Source: Bdellovibrionia bacterium
Lineage (GTDB): Bacteria > Bdellovibrionota > Bdellovibrionia > Bdellovibrionales > JAUICD01
Reading direction: 5' to 3'
Length of the DNA stretch: 64,000 nucleotides
NCBI GenBank assembly: GCA_030427965.1
Contig: JAUICD010000010.1
Coordinates: 16,854-80,853, forward strand
Part shown: one piece after another, positions 19,449 to 29,817 of the stretch
How positions within the stretch are numbered: the stretch's first letter is position 1
How the letters are laid out: every line of letters starts with the position of its first letter
Position numbers and translations under genes: made by a program
Notes under the pieces: generated by a model
The model's database searches: none
Seen by the model: only the letters and a program-made list of their open reading frames with translations
What the model was told of the DNA's origin: nothing

Positions 19449-20057
19449 ATGAAAGAAGCCTACCACGCATTTGACTGGCAAACTTGTCAGCCTTTGCCTG
19501 TTATTGGCGTTGATGAGGTGGGGCGTGGTTGTCTGGCCGGCCCCGTGTATGCAGCAGCCGTTATATTGGATGAAACCAAAGATTATTCTGAGTATACAGA
19601 TTCTAAAAAACTGACTCCTGTCCGTCGAAAAAAAATGTCAGAGCAAATTTTAAGAGACCACCGAGTTGGAATTGGCTTTGCAAATCGAGAAGAGATAGAT
19701 CGCTTAAACATTTTACGAGCGGCACTTCTTGCAATGAAAAGAGCAGTTGAGGAATTGGGTGAAAGTTACGGACATATTATTGTTGATGGAAACTTTGCAA
19801 TTCCAGGAATACATTCTGGCTTTAAACAAACTCCACTTGTCAAAGGGGACTTGAGAGCAATGCCAGTGGCGGCGGCCTCTATTGTTGCCAAAGTTGTTCG
19901 AGATGAATGGATGATGGAGCTATCAAATCGTTTTCCGGAGTATGGATTTGAGAAACATAAAGGGTATTCGACAAAACTTCATAAAGAATCGATCTCTCGT
20001 ATCGGCCCCTGTGAAGAACATCGACGAACCTTCTCTGGGGTCAAGGAATTCCTATAA
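19449..20057 (+). CDS. rnhB: Ribonuclease HII
   Basis: GVDEVGRGCLAGPV, DSKKL, AASIVAKV, HRRTF. Confidence 0.97.
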   Translation: MKEAYHAFDWQTCQPLPVIGVDEVGRGCLAGPVYAAAVILDETKDYSEYTDSKKLTPVRRKKMSEQILRDHRVGIGFANREEIDRLNILRAALLAMKRAVEELGESYGHIIVDGNFAIPGIHSGFKQTPLVKGDLRAMPVAAASIVAKVVRDEWMMELSNRFPEYGFEKHKGYSTKLHKESISRIGPCEEHRRTFSGVKEFL

Positions 20058-20367
20058 GTCCAAAAAATCTGTGTCACAGGCGATAGCTCACTATAAATCA
20101 AAGGGTTGGAGTTTTTTTAAAAGCGAGTGGAACACTCCTTTTGGAGAATTGGATCTTGTTTTTCAAAAAGCATCAACGCTTCTTATTGTTGAAGTTAAGG
20201 CTGTTGAGAGTATTGAGTTTCTAGAACGCTATTTCCAAAGCGGACAATTTGAAAGACAGAAAAGAATTTTATCTTGGTTGAATGAGTTCAAGCACGATGT
20301 GGAATTTGAGCTTTTTGTTTTAGAAAATGGAAAACACGAATTTCAGTTTTCAGATTTTGAGTGGTAA
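20011..20367 (+). CDS. YraN/UPF0102 family PD-(D/E)xK nuclease-like protein
   Basis: TPFGELDLV...VEVK; follows rnhB; start uncertain (GTG 20011 or 20071). Confidence 0.7.
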   Translation: MKNIDEPSLGSRNSYKSKKSVSQAIAHYKSKGWSFFKSEWNTPFGELDLVFQKASTLLIVEVKAVESIEFLERYFQSGQFERQKRILSWLNEFKHDVEFELFVLENGKHEFQFSDFEW

Positions 20368-20439
20368 AAAACTCAAACTGACCTATAACAGTGTTGATCT
20401 TTGATAACCATAGGCTTCTCAAATACTTAAAAACTGGTT

Positions 20440-20895
20440 TTAAAATGTGTACAGCTGAACTTGCATCTGAACGCCTTGGATAGTCCCACTTTGTGTGAAG
20501 AGCGGGCCTATCGTGGGGCGAAAATGATGAGCTTCTTCATCATTGTAGACATCTTCTTGATCAGGAAGAGCGTCTGGAGATGGCTCTTCCTCTTCAACAG
20601 GAATTTCAGGGTCAACAACTTCGCCCTCACCTGGGACGAAATATACAATATAAGACCCTAGAAGTATTCCTGCGTAAAGTCCAAGAGAAGCGCCGACAGC
20701 AATAGATTTTAGATGTTCGCCAGGTTGCTCTCGAAATGCCAGTGTGGCAGCGCCAACAAGAGATCCTGCTAAAACTCCATAAGTACAACTCATTAAAAAC
20801 TCTCGGAGAGGTTCTGCGGTGGATTTGTGTGGAACGACGAGCACAACTGTCATAATTAGCGTAACCAGGATGTATCTCAGTCGTGAGCGCTTCAT
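20440..20895 (-). CDS. Hypothetical envelope protein (glycine-zipper helices, acidic linker)
   Basis: Signal peptide; GxxxG-rich helices; C-terminal Phe. Confidence 0.7.
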   Translation of the reverse strand: MKRSRLRYILVTLIMTVVLVVPHKSTAEPLREFLMSCTYGVLAGSLVGAATLAFREQPGEHLKSIAVGASLGLYAGILLGSYIVYFVPGEGEVVDPEIPVEEEEPSPDALPDQEDVYNDEEAHHFRPTIGPLFTQSGTIQGVQMQVQLYTF

Positions 20896-20966
20896 ATCTT
20901 AAGTCTTCAAGGTTCAAGTGAAATTGTCAATAAAAGGTCTTTATTTTAAGAGATCGTCCTTTTTTC

Positions 20967-23216
20967 TCAGCCCCCGAATGAGGTTTCAGATTTTCCATCA
21001 AAGAGAAAGAGAATTTCAAATCCAAAAGAAGAGGAGGCTCCAACCTCCTGTCTGTGCGAGAAGTCAAAGGCCCAGCAGTTTCCAGGTGGTTTGAGCCGAA
21101 GTCGATATTTATAGGAACGAACTTTTTCAGTTAAAATAGAGTAGGTGATTCCACCATCTAAGGAAAAAAAGTTGGAAATGACCCCAGCTCGAAAAGTCAT
21201 GTCTTGTACGCGTTGAACTGTTTGAATTCCGTCATTGTCTTGCAAATTGAAGTCCTGCAAATACTCAAGTTCAACGTAATCGCCAAAATCTCCAGAAGCT
21301 CTCAAGCGAGAAGAGACGGTGGCTTCATTTTGGTAGGGAAAGTACTTTAAAACTGTGTGAGTGTTGAAGTTATCGAGTCGAATATTTAGTAAACTGACAA
21401 GTTCTGACCATGGTTGTTTGGGAGAATCTGTTTCTCTATAAGCTTCATAGAAGTCATAGGATTGTGAAATGTGAAAGTTGATGATTCTTTGATACTCACC
21501 ACTAGTGCCATTCCAACGTCTTCGAACAATGTTATTATTCAGTGCAAAAGTCACAATGTTGCTATCTGTAAGGCGGTCTTTGTAGTCAAATTGAAGTTTG
21601 TCACCGTCAACAAGGGGTTGATTTTGTTTAAAGAAAAGTTCTTCATCTGTTTCTTTAAAAAACGGGTGTTCTTCTGTAGATCTCCAAGGGATATTGGAGT
21701 AGCTAATAATAGGTTGAATTTCGTGCCGATATCTTGTGTCTTTTAATTCCTTTCCACCATATATGGCACTCAATCGTGTTCGAGCATCCAGTTGAGTTCG
21801 TAAAAAACGTCGCTCTGTGGTTGGGTCGACTCCATCTTTGAATTGGTATCTCATCTCCTGATAGGAAACAGAAGGGATAAGTTCAATTCGATTTCCTAGA
21901 TTAAAAGGAGTTGAAAGCCTGGGAGTCACAATAATTCTTTGTCCAGTTCGGTAGTCATCGACATCCTCATTGAATTCGGTGCCATCTGATGTGTCATTGT
22001 CGTCAAAAGAGTTTTCTCGACGAGCAAAATTGATGTAGTTGAACGAAAGGTCTGCAAAAATGGGAGTGTCTCCAAGGCGACTTGGTACTAGTACGCTTCG
22101 GATTTCAGGATACCTATGTACAGAATTGGAATTGTCGTGAATAGGGCTTGATTCCAAAAGACTATGGTAGAGAGAGGCATCCACGCTGGAGTGGGTACTT
22201 TCAGTGTTCTTTGCAAACGAGACTCGGTTCTCTAAAGCAGGGTCACCGTGACCTGGCATTTCATTTGGGAAATCTTTTGGAAAGAGAGTGTCACTGACCA
22301 AATTGATATCGATGTCATTGAAATATCCGTTTGGAAGCTCATAGTGGTGACCATATCTGAAATGATATCGCCCAAGTGGCTCGTCGACTTCGGGGCGTCT
22401 TAGTCGAATCCTTTCCTCATTGCTAGCAGCGTATCGGTCTTTCATATAAGAGGTGTCAAATTCTCCGCCACTTTCTTCGCTCAAAAGATATCTGTAATTG
22501 AGAAGTCCTTTGGCGCCACGTTTTTCGTAATTAGTTAGAGCAATTGTTGCATCTTGATTGTCAGAGATGGCCCAAAAAAACTCTTCAGTGATAGAAAAAC
22601 CACTTGTCCCGTCTACTTCAAATTTCGGGAATAAGAACCCTGTTTGACGTTTACTCTTTAGAGGAACAACAAGATAGGGAAGCCAAAAAACTGGAATTCC
22701 AGCAATTTTCAATGTAGAGCTCTTAATATGGGCGTATCCTCCGATTTCCGCATTGATTTTAGAGCCTGAAAAACTCCAGGCGGGAGGACATGTGGAGCAT
22801 GCCGTGTAGTATCCATCCTCTGCTTCAAAAGTGGTTTTGCTTGTGCGGTTGACAACTTTACCTTGAAATGCAATTTGCCCAACTAGCACAAACCCATTTT
22901 TGATGGAACCAGTTTCTTCTGCGTAATTGAGGAAAATCTCATCACCTTCCATATATATTTCAGTTCCAATAAGTTTGACATTGCCTCTAGCGACAACTTT
23001 TTTTTCTTTGAGATAAATGATAGCTTCATCGCAGGTGAGTGTTTCATCTTTGAAGGTTGCGCTTACATTTTTTGTAAGTGCAATGGTTCCTTCTTTTAGA
23101 TTTCGTTTCATGTTGTCCGCACTTAAGGAGAGCTCACCATCTGGGGTTGCAAATTGTGAGAAGCTCACAGAGTGATAAAAAAATATAAAAAGTAGAGAAA
23201 TAATTTTACCAATCAC
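20967..23216 (-). CDS. lptD: LPS-assembly protein
   Basis: OstA-like N-domain, YTACSTCPPAWS, PVFWLPY, RQTGFLFP, C-terminal NCWAF; 749 aa. Confidence 0.9.
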   Translation of the reverse strand: MIGKIISLLFIFFYHSVSFSQFATPDGELSLSADNMKRNLKEGTIALTKNVSATFKDETLTCDEAIIYLKEKKVVARGNVKLIGTEIYMEGDEIFLNYAEETGSIKNGFVLVGQIAFQGKVVNRTSKTTFEAEDGYYTACSTCPPAWSFSGSKINAEIGGYAHIKSSTLKIAGIPVFWLPYLVVPLKSKRQTGFLFPKFEVDGTSGFSITEEFFWAISDNQDATIALTNYEKRGAKGLLNYRYLLSEESGGEFDTSYMKDRYAASNEERIRLRRPEVDEPLGRYHFRYGHHYELPNGYFNDIDINLVSDTLFPKDFPNEMPGHGDPALENRVSFAKNTESTHSSVDASLYHSLLESSPIHDNSNSVHRYPEIRSVLVPSRLGDTPIFADLSFNYINFARRENSFDDNDTSDGTEFNEDVDDYRTGQRIIVTPRLSTPFNLGNRIELIPSVSYQEMRYQFKDGVDPTTERRFLRTQLDARTRLSAIYGGKELKDTRYRHEIQPIISYSNIPWRSTEEHPFFKETDEELFFKQNQPLVDGDKLQFDYKDRLTDSNIVTFALNNNIVRRRWNGTSGEYQRIINFHISQSYDFYEAYRETDSPKQPWSELVSLLNIRLDNFNTHTVLKYFPYQNEATVSSRLRASGDFGDYVELEYLQDFNLQDNDGIQTVQRVQDMTFRAGVISNFFSLDGGITYSILTEKVRSYKYRLRLKPPGNCWAFDFSHRQEVGASSSFGFEILFLFDGKSETSFGG

Positions 23217-25126
23217 AAGACCAGCTTTTCTGATGAATTTGTACGATTGCTCAAATTGGATTGTTTGGGGGTTGGATCTGAAGTTTTTAAACTGAGTGGG
23301 TCTTTGAGGTTAAGTCCATTTTTTTGGTTGTGTTTTTTTTCGTGTACTTCATTTGATTTTCGAAACCAGGTTAAAATCAAAAATACAAAAAAGACAAGCA
23401 GGATGGGAAGTGAGACATTGACAAGAGTTCCATTTTTGTAGAGAAGAAAAAAGTCGAGTAGATATATGACTGAAGCAAGAAATAGAGAGAGAAGAAAACC
23501 ATAAAATATGCGAATTTGTGAAAGAAAGCAACTAAAAGTTATTCCAATCAATAAAAGAGCAGCAAGCATCCATGGGGCTTCCAAAGTGACATTGTGGGTA
23601 AGGAAGTTTTTATCTAAAATATTCCCAATTATATTTGCATGAGCTTCAAGCTTTAAGAACTTCTTATCAAACGGGGTCTGAATATAGTTTTTTGAATCTC
23701 TTAAGCCAATAAGAAATGTTTTATCTCGAATATAACGAGATTTGGAAATGCTCATTTGTTCAATGCGACCGTTTAAAAGTTTTGTTATTTCAGATTTATC
23801 AGATTCATTAAAAAGTTCTGAAGCTCTCATATGAGGGTAGGTGTAGCTGGGGCCAGAGAAGTTGATATAAAGATTCCCTCTTGAATCTGTTGGTATTGGA
23901 GTGGTGTTCTCACCTGTGTCGAGATTTGTGAGAGACAAAGTTGAAATGAACTTATTTCCAGTGATGGTGTGTTGTTCCATCACGACAGAAGAACCGAGTT
24001 GTTCTTTGAGCATTGCAGTTTTAAGAGCTAAAGAAGGGAGAAAGAGCTCTCCCCACCGAACGACAAGTGGGACTTTACGAGTGATTCCATCTGAATCCTT
24101 TGGGATATTGAAAAATGCACTAAATTTTGTTCCTTGACTGATAATTCCAGTATTGACCACCCAGTTTCCAGTATAGGGAACTAAGTTTTTAGGCACAGAA
24201 TTTTTAAAATCATCTATGAACTTATTTGGAGATATTTCTTTTAAGCTGGAATCGCTTTCTTGAATTGAGCCCCATGTGTCTTTAAGGATTTGAATGAGAG
24301 GGTCTGAATTGGATGTCAGCCATTGGGAACAAAACTCTTCCTGAGACTTTAAAATGGCCCTCTGGGTTTTGTTTCTTCTCGACCAGCGATTTTCAGAGGA
24401 ATAGCGCTCTTTGATGGAATCTTCAATTTGAGTCAGTTCTTGTTCAAATAAAGAGTATAGAAATTCAGGTGGATTTATAGGATAGTTATCTACAGAAACA
24501 AGGTGGCGTTGATCGTTTTCTAGTACAAGATAATTGGGATCATTGAGAGTAATGGTTTGTTGGCAAATTTCCTGATAAGGGTATAATTGAGATGAACTCT
24601 CTTTCCAAGCCCCAGCCATAATCAAGCTTTCACTGTGGCGTTCAATGGCTCGTGAAAACTGAATGTCTGTATTGAGTTTTCGTATTGCGCGGTTGATAAG
24701 CCCTAGGCTTTCTGTATCAGATGTTTGCCCACGGAGGTATTCTAGGTATTTGAGTGCTTCTGCATTTTCAGATCCTGAAAAAAGGATATCAAAGCCGATG
24801 ATATTTGCACCATAGGCCATTAGGCGCTCCACTATGTCTGCCATTCGGCTTCGAGACCAGGGCCATTTGCCAATATTGTCAGTGGCTTCGGAGTCAATTA
24901 CGAGTAGGACAATAGAGTTATTGGGAGATGTAGGGCCTTTTGTTTGCATCTTGAAGTCAGAAAGTACGTGATGGATTCTTTCTAGAATCCTGGGACTGTC
25001 TTGAGGAGTTAGATTGTAATACTGGACTGAGACAAAGAGAGAAAAAATAAGGGTTGTTAAAATGCCGATTTTGAATGGAGTAAGGTTGGCGAAAACCTTT
25101 CCTAGCTTTTTGATCGATTCAGGCAT
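23213..25126 (-). CDS. CHASE2-domain membrane protein with no cytoplasmic output domain
   Basis: IGKWPWSR, GFDILF, DSDGITR, EAHANII then 3 TM helices and only a short tail. Confidence 0.85.
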   Translation of the reverse strand: MPESIKKLGKVFANLTPFKIGILTTLIFSLFVSVQYYNLTPQDSPRILERIHHVLSDFKMQTKGPTSPNNSIVLLVIDSEATDNIGKWPWSRSRMADIVERLMAYGANIIGFDILFSGSENAEALKYLEYLRGQTSDTESLGLINRAIRKLNTDIQFSRAIERHSESLIMAGAWKESSSQLYPYQEICQQTITLNDPNYLVLENDQRHLVSVDNYPINPPEFLYSLFEQELTQIEDSIKERYSSENRWSRRNKTQRAILKSQEEFCSQWLTSNSDPLIQILKDTWGSIQESDSSLKEISPNKFIDDFKNSVPKNLVPYTGNWVVNTGIISQGTKFSAFFNIPKDSDGITRKVPLVVRWGELFLPSLALKTAMLKEQLGSSVVMEQHTITGNKFISTLSLTNLDTGENTTPIPTDSRGNLYINFSGPSYTYPHMRASELFNESDKSEITKLLNGRIEQMSISKSRYIRDKTFLIGLRDSKNYIQTPFDKKFLKLEAHANIIGNILDKNFLTHNVTLEAPWMLAALLLIGITFSCFLSQIRIFYGFLLSLFLASVIYLLDFFLLYKNGTLVNVSLPILLVFFVFLILTWFRKSNEVHEKKHNQKNGLNLKDPLSLKTSDPTPKQSNLSNRTNSSEKLVL

Positions 25127-25205
25127 TTGTCTTCCAAGCTGTTGTAAACATATCGATTTTTAATATTTTAGTGCTATTAATAGATTAATGTCATTGATAG
25201 AAGAA

Positions 25206-26051
25206 TCAACGGCTTTTCATCTGTTCGATTAAATTATAAATTTCGCTTCTTGTTAGGGATGTGAGCTCTTTGAGTTCGTTTAGTATATCCTTATTGCTTA
25301 GCTGCTGGCTGAGTCGTTTGCCAATGAGTTTCTTAAGATCTTCTTTGGATAGGCTTTGAGGAGGGGTTCCTTCATAAATGAGGACGAACTCGCCTTTGGG
25401 CTTGTTTTTTTTATAATGCTCCAGTGCTGTCGACACAGTGCCATTGAAATAGCTTTCAAAAGGCTTTGTGAGCTCACGAAAGACTTCAAGCTTTCTGTTG
25501 CCAAAGATATCCAAACTGTCTTTCAGGTGTGCTAGAAGTCGGTGTGGAGATTCAAAGTAAATAAGTCGATAGGGAAGACTGGATACGGATTGAAAGTTTA
25601 GCTTTCGTGCGCTCTCTGTTTTTGGTGGAAACCCTAAAAATAATGGATGAGGTGAGGGGCCTGAGGATTCGCTGACGCTGAGTGCTGTTGTCAGAGAGCT
25701 AACCCCGGGGATAGGGGTGACTTTAAACCCTTCTTTTCTTACAAGTCGTACAGCTTCAAAGCCAGGGTCTGATATGTTCGGTGTTCCTGCATCTGTCACT
25801 AATGCCACGCTCTTTCCTGAATTGAGTTTGTCTAGAATAGACTGTGACCCACTTTCTTCATTGTGATCATGATAAGAAATCACCTGTCCACACTCAATTT
25901 TCATTTCAGAAGCGAATTGACCGAAGGTACGGGTGTCCTCTGCTGCAATACAATCCACAGACTTAAGGGTATTCAAAGCACGTAAGGTGATGTCTTCATT
26001 ATGACCTATGGGAAGTGCAACAATGTAGAGGGTCGGATTTTCGCTAATCAT
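25206..26051 (-). CDS. rsmI: 16S rRNA C1402 2'-O-methyltransferase
   Basis: PIGHNEDIT, AAEDTR, DAGTPNISDPG, FESPHR, RELTK. Confidence 0.95.
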   Translation of the reverse strand: MISENPTLYIVALPIGHNEDITLRALNTLKSVDCIAAEDTRTFGQFASEMKIECGQVISYHDHNEESGSQSILDKLNSGKSVALVTDAGTPNISDPGFEAVRLVRKEGFKVTPIPGVSSLTTALSVSESSGPSPHPLFLGFPPKTESARKLNFQSVSSLPYRLIYFESPHRLLAHLKDSLDIFGNRKLEVFRELTKPFESYFNGTVSTALEHYKKNKPKGEFVLIYEGTPPQSLSKEDLKKLIGKRLSQQLSNKDILNELKELTSLTRSEIYNLIEQMKSR

Positions 26052-26132
26052 AAGTCTAATTTTTAGCAGATTCGGGGCGGAAAATGAAATGGAATTCTAT
26101 ACTAAATATTGAGAGAGAGGGGAAATTGACCT

Positions 26133-26555
26133 ATGCAAGCAAGAGTTGAAGTGAACGGAGATGTATCGATCATTCATTTATCTGGGTATTTGGACTTTGA
26201 AACCACCCAGTTTTTTGAGTCGACCTGCTTAAGTGGTATTTCCACTGCCAATGTTATATTTGATTTTTCGGAGTTGAACTTTGTAGGCTCAAGTGGATTG
26301 ACTCCATTTCTGGAGTCTATTCGATCTTTTGCAGATAAAACCTCAACCCCGATTCGTTTTAGTGGTGTGGGAATTGAGTTTCGTCGGCTTATGATGATTG
26401 GAGAACTCAGTGGGTATGCGTTCTTTGATAGAGCTGGCGATGCATTACAGGCCATTCACGAGCCTTTAGGTCTATCAGAGGCGGTTGAAGGTCCTTCTAT
26501 TGGTTATCAAATTTCTGATGATTGGATTTCTGGTTCAGGTGAGAGCGAAAACTGA
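26133..26555 (+). CDS. STAS-domain (anti-anti-sigma-like) protein
   Basis: LSGYLD, DFSELNFVGSSG. Confidence 0.85.
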   Translation: MQARVEVNGDVSIIHLSGYLDFETTQFFESTCLSGISTANVIFDFSELNFVGSSGLTPFLESIRSFADKTSTPIRFSGVGIEFRRLMMIGELSGYAFFDRAGDALQAIHEPLGLSEAVEGPSIGYQISDDWISGSGESEN

Positions 26556-26621
26556 TTCCTATTAAAAACATCCAATAAAAATCTTTTTAAGATCAATAGA
26601 AAAACAATTTAGTTTGAGTTT

Positions 26622-27665
26622 CTAGACTTTACCCACAAGTACTTGTTTTTGTATTTCATCAAGACGTTTTTCAAGAGATTCTATATGAGAATCAGGGATT
26701 CTTGTGGGGGAAGTTCTTGAGGGCACTTGAGGAGCTTCTTTTCTAGGAGTGTAAGTTGTAGTAGGTATGTTCTTTTGTTTTAGAGCTTTCTTTTTGAGCA
26801 ACTCTTGAATCTGTTCTTTTTGTTTTGAAGCAATTTCAAGTTCGCTTCGAACTTTTATGAGTTCTTTTTCTGAAGATTTCTCATTTGCTTTGGCTTCGAT
26901 CATTTCATTTCGGTAGTTGTTCAATTCCAAAAAGTATTTGTTTTCCATCTCATCACGACGTCTTTCTGCTAGGACTGTTCGATTTTCAAGTGTGACATGA
27001 GAGTGTTGTAGATTCGAGATTTGATTTTTTAGATTGGAATTTTCTTCAGAAATGTTTTCAACGATTTTAGAGAGCTGTTCATTTTTGCTCAAAGATTTTC
27101 TTAAATCACTTCCAAGTGACTCCTGGAGTTTTTGTATTGCTTCTTCTTTTTCCTTTCCGACGTTCTTCACGTGCTGATAAGCTTCTTCAAGTTGTTTTTT
27201 GAATTGAGTATTTTGTTCTGTTAGCCATTGGATTTCTGTATTTTGTTTGTGAGTTTTAAGACTCATTCCGTAGATCAGAGGGCGAAGCCACCTTAAGGCT
27301 CTTCTGTGATATCGCTCAAGAAGCCCCACTCTTTTTTTGAATTGTGCTTCTCTCTTTGCCCAAGTCTCTTGGTTCTCATTGAAGCGAGAGTAGTTTTCAG
27401 CAAATTGTTTCTCCAGATCTTTTAAACTGAGTTCTAAGGTATCTCTGGACAGTGTGATCTTTTTTAATGCGACTTTGGCTTCTTGTAGTTCAAAACTTTG
27501 TTCGTTATCTGAGGATTTTAGAGCTTTGAGTTCTGCATTCAATTCTTGAATTCTGTTTTCAAGAAGATCTCTTTGCTTGGACTGGATTTGAACTTGTTGA
27601 GAGAGGTTCTTGTTTTGTTGAATAAGGGATTCAACAGTTGAAGTGGGTATGAAAGATGGATTCAA
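26622..27665 (-). CDS. Coiled-coil hypothetical protein
   Basis: Heptad E/K/Q/L-rich 347-aa ORF. Confidence 0.75.
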   Translation of the reverse strand: MNPSFIPTSTVESLIQQNKNLSQQVQIQSKQRDLLENRIQELNAELKALKSSDNEQSFELQEAKVALKKITLSRDTLELSLKDLEKQFAENYSRFNENQETWAKREAQFKKRVGLLERYHRRALRWLRPLIYGMSLKTHKQNTEIQWLTEQNTQFKKQLEEAYQHVKNVGKEKEEAIQKLQESLGSDLRKSLSKNEQLSKIVENISEENSNLKNQISNLQHSHVTLENRTVLAERRRDEMENKYFLELNNYRNEMIEAKANEKSSEKELIKVRSELEIASKQKEQIQELLKKKALKQKNIPTTTYTPRKEAPQVPSRTSPTRIPDSHIESLEKRLDEIQKQVLVGKV

Positions 27666-27780
27666 AAAATCACCTCACTAGAAGATTGGAGTCTTAGTAA
27701 AGTCTCTCTTTTCTGAAGCGTTCAGTCAAAGGTATTGAAAGAGCATCGGCGCCTCAGGGTTGTTTCAATATGAGAATCTC

Positions 27781-27807
27781 TAAATATCCTAGACGAATGG
27801 CCGATAA
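27781..27807 (+). promoter_or_regulatory. Sigma-28 (FliA) promoter
   Basis: Exact consensus TAAA-N15-GCCGATAA. Confidence 0.75.
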
Positions 27808-27813
27808 AGATTC

Positions 27814-28374
27814 ATGGGAGCTATAGAGAAACTTAAAGAGATAATGGAAGAAGAGGGCATGAACAGCCTCGAAGAGGACATGAATGCTCGTGTCACAGGG
27901 CTTGCCTTTGGGCTAGGTCATACGATTTTGACTCTTGTTGCTCAATCTCGTTTTGATATGGCAATTGGTGAGATTGACAATCTAAAGAAGGCGCATAAAG
28001 AGCTTCCTATTCTTTTTCGTAAATCTGAGAGATTTCTAAGCCACTGTAAAGAATTGGTCCAAGCTATTAAAATGAAAAAGAGTTTTCCGAATATCTCAAC
28101 ACTTCCTCTTTCAAAGCAAGAGGAGATGCATGATCGGATTATGGATCATTTTGAAGAATTAAAGAGTTCTTTGAAGAAAATTGATCGGATGGAAGCTGAC
28201 ATTCGAGTTCAAGATGCAAGATCTTCACTTTGGGTTGTCCGTACGTTTGCGATTTGCACTTGTGTGGTTGTGGCATTTGCCATTGCACTTGAAGCCCACC
28301 GAACTATGGGTAAGCCTGTTAGAGTCATTTTAGAAGATTTAAGTAAAATGGTATTCAATCTTTTTGGTTTATAA
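27814..28374 (+). CDS. Hypothetical helical protein with a C-terminal TM segment
   Basis: 186-aa ORF; start may be a downstream ATG. Confidence 0.75.
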   Translation: MGAIEKLKEIMEEEGMNSLEEDMNARVTGLAFGLGHTILTLVAQSRFDMAIGEIDNLKKAHKELPILFRKSERFLSHCKELVQAIKMKKSFPNISTLPLSKQEEMHDRIMDHFEELKSSLKKIDRMEADIRVQDARSSLWVVRTFAICTCVVVAFAIALEAHRTMGKPVRVILEDLSKMVFNLFGL

Positions 28375-29529
28375 ACTCTTATAAACTGCTTCAAGTACTT
28401 GCCAGGAGTGTCCGTAATTTAAGAGTTTTCCATTAACATAAATAGCTGGTGTCCCAGCCACCCCAGCATCTTTTCCTTGTTTTGCTTGGGAAGAGATAAA
28501 CTCTTTTGTAGCTGGGTCATTCATACATGCTTTGAAAGAGTCGATACTAGAGCCAAAATCTTCAGCCTTTTTAGGTATTTCTGAAATTTTGGTGCTAGTG
28601 AATTGCTCAAATAACCAGTCATGTAGTTTCCAGCTTCCGGTTTCTTTAAAAGAGCAGTGGGCAGCATAGGCCATCTTACAGCTTTTCCCGTCTCCACTAC
28701 GGTTTATAGCTTCATTGCATATTCCATCAAGGGGGAAGGAAAGAAAGTAAAATTGAACCTCAGGGTGGCTAAGAGCGAAGTTATGGAGGATTGGGGATGC
28801 ATTCTTGCAGTGTATGCATTGAAAGTCGGCAAACTCAACGATTGTCATTTTGGGGTTCTTTAAATCGGATTTGAGTTTTAAAGCTCCATCCGTATTGAAT
28901 TCAATTTTATGGCTCATTTTCCAATCATTTAGATTGGCTTCAATAAGACTTTTGTTGAGCGGGTTCATTTTGTGAATGAGTGCACGCCCAAGCCCCCAGG
29001 AAACAAGAGGAAAAAGAACAATCAGAATTAAAGTTGTTTTTCCGGCAGGTTGGAAGAGGTACTGAATCGACTTGATTAAAGAAGAGTCATTGGAGGTTTG
29101 GTTGGATTTATAAATTGCACCTAAGGAGATAAAGCTCAGTATGTAAGCAAAAATACAAAAAAGGCAGAACGTTCCAAGTGAAAGTGCGGAGATTGTTCCC
29201 ATAGCCACTGAAACTATGGCTATGAGTAAAGCGCCGACAAGGGAGAGTTTTCTTAGTTTTTGAGAGGATGATTCGTCTGAGGTTGAAATGGCATTAATAA
29301 AAACGACTGTAAGTACCACGTTTGCCAAGAATCCCCACAGGGCAAGTGGTGTTCCAAGAAGGGTTGAGTATGGGGACAGGTTCACGACGTCACAGTTGAG
29401 CCCTTCATTAATGTTACATAAGCTCTTTGAGCCACCTTGTCCAAATTTGAGTTCGAGATGCTTAAAAGTCAAATATCCAAGATCAATAAGCGCTAGAATT
29501 TGAGAAGCAAAAAAAATACGAATAGCCAT
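28369..29529 (-). CDS. VKOR-DsbA/thioredoxin fusion (disulfide bond formation)
   Basis: VKOR loop cysteines (C-x7-C), CLFC; thioredoxin-fold EFADFQCIHC and GTP cis-Pro motif. Confidence 0.9.
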   Translation of the reverse strand: MAIRIFFASQILALIDLGYLTFKHLELKFGQGGSKSLCNINEGLNCDVVNLSPYSTLLGTPLALWGFLANVVLTVVFINAISTSDESSSQKLRKLSLVGALLIAIVSVAMGTISALSLGTFCLFCIFAYILSFISLGAIYKSNQTSNDSSLIKSIQYLFQPAGKTTLILIVLFPLVSWGLGRALIHKMNPLNKSLIEANLNDWKMSHKIEFNTDGALKLKSDLKNPKMTIVEFADFQCIHCKNASPILHNFALSHPEVQFYFLSFPLDGICNEAINRSGDGKSCKMAYAAHCSFKETGSWKLHDWLFEQFTSTKISEIPKKAEDFGSSIDSFKACMNDPATKEFISSQAKQGKDAGVAGTPAIYVNGKLLNYGHSWQVLEAVYKSL

Positions 29530-29631
29530 TGTTACCTCTAAGTTGAAATTCGGCTGTTGATGGTTTCGCTCTACGATAAACAATCGACAACATCTTAAGG
29601 AATAACTTTAAAGAAGTTGGAGTTCAAAGCC

Positions 29632-29769
29632 CTAGTTTTAATTTTCTGCAACTCGGCGTCCCAATGTTGATGGGAATAGACCTAGTCTTTTGGCGAGCCC
29701 AAAAACAGGATCTTGTTGAGACTCCCCTTAAGGCATGGGATTCTTAAAAAGCAGAGCGAATTCAACTAG
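29632..29769. ncRNA. Candidate structured RNA (closing stem plus three internal hairpins)
   Basis: Manual base pairing only (see findings); no family recognised. Confidence 0.3.
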
Positions 29770-29817
29770 TTTACGTTATTCGTCATGATTCGGGTTTGAA
29801 TCAAGGAGGCTCGGCTT

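Noticed and set aside
15071-20367. ffh-rpsP-khpA-rimM-trmD-rplS-rnhB-yraN cluster as a novelty
   Set aside because: A widely conserved housekeeping arrangement
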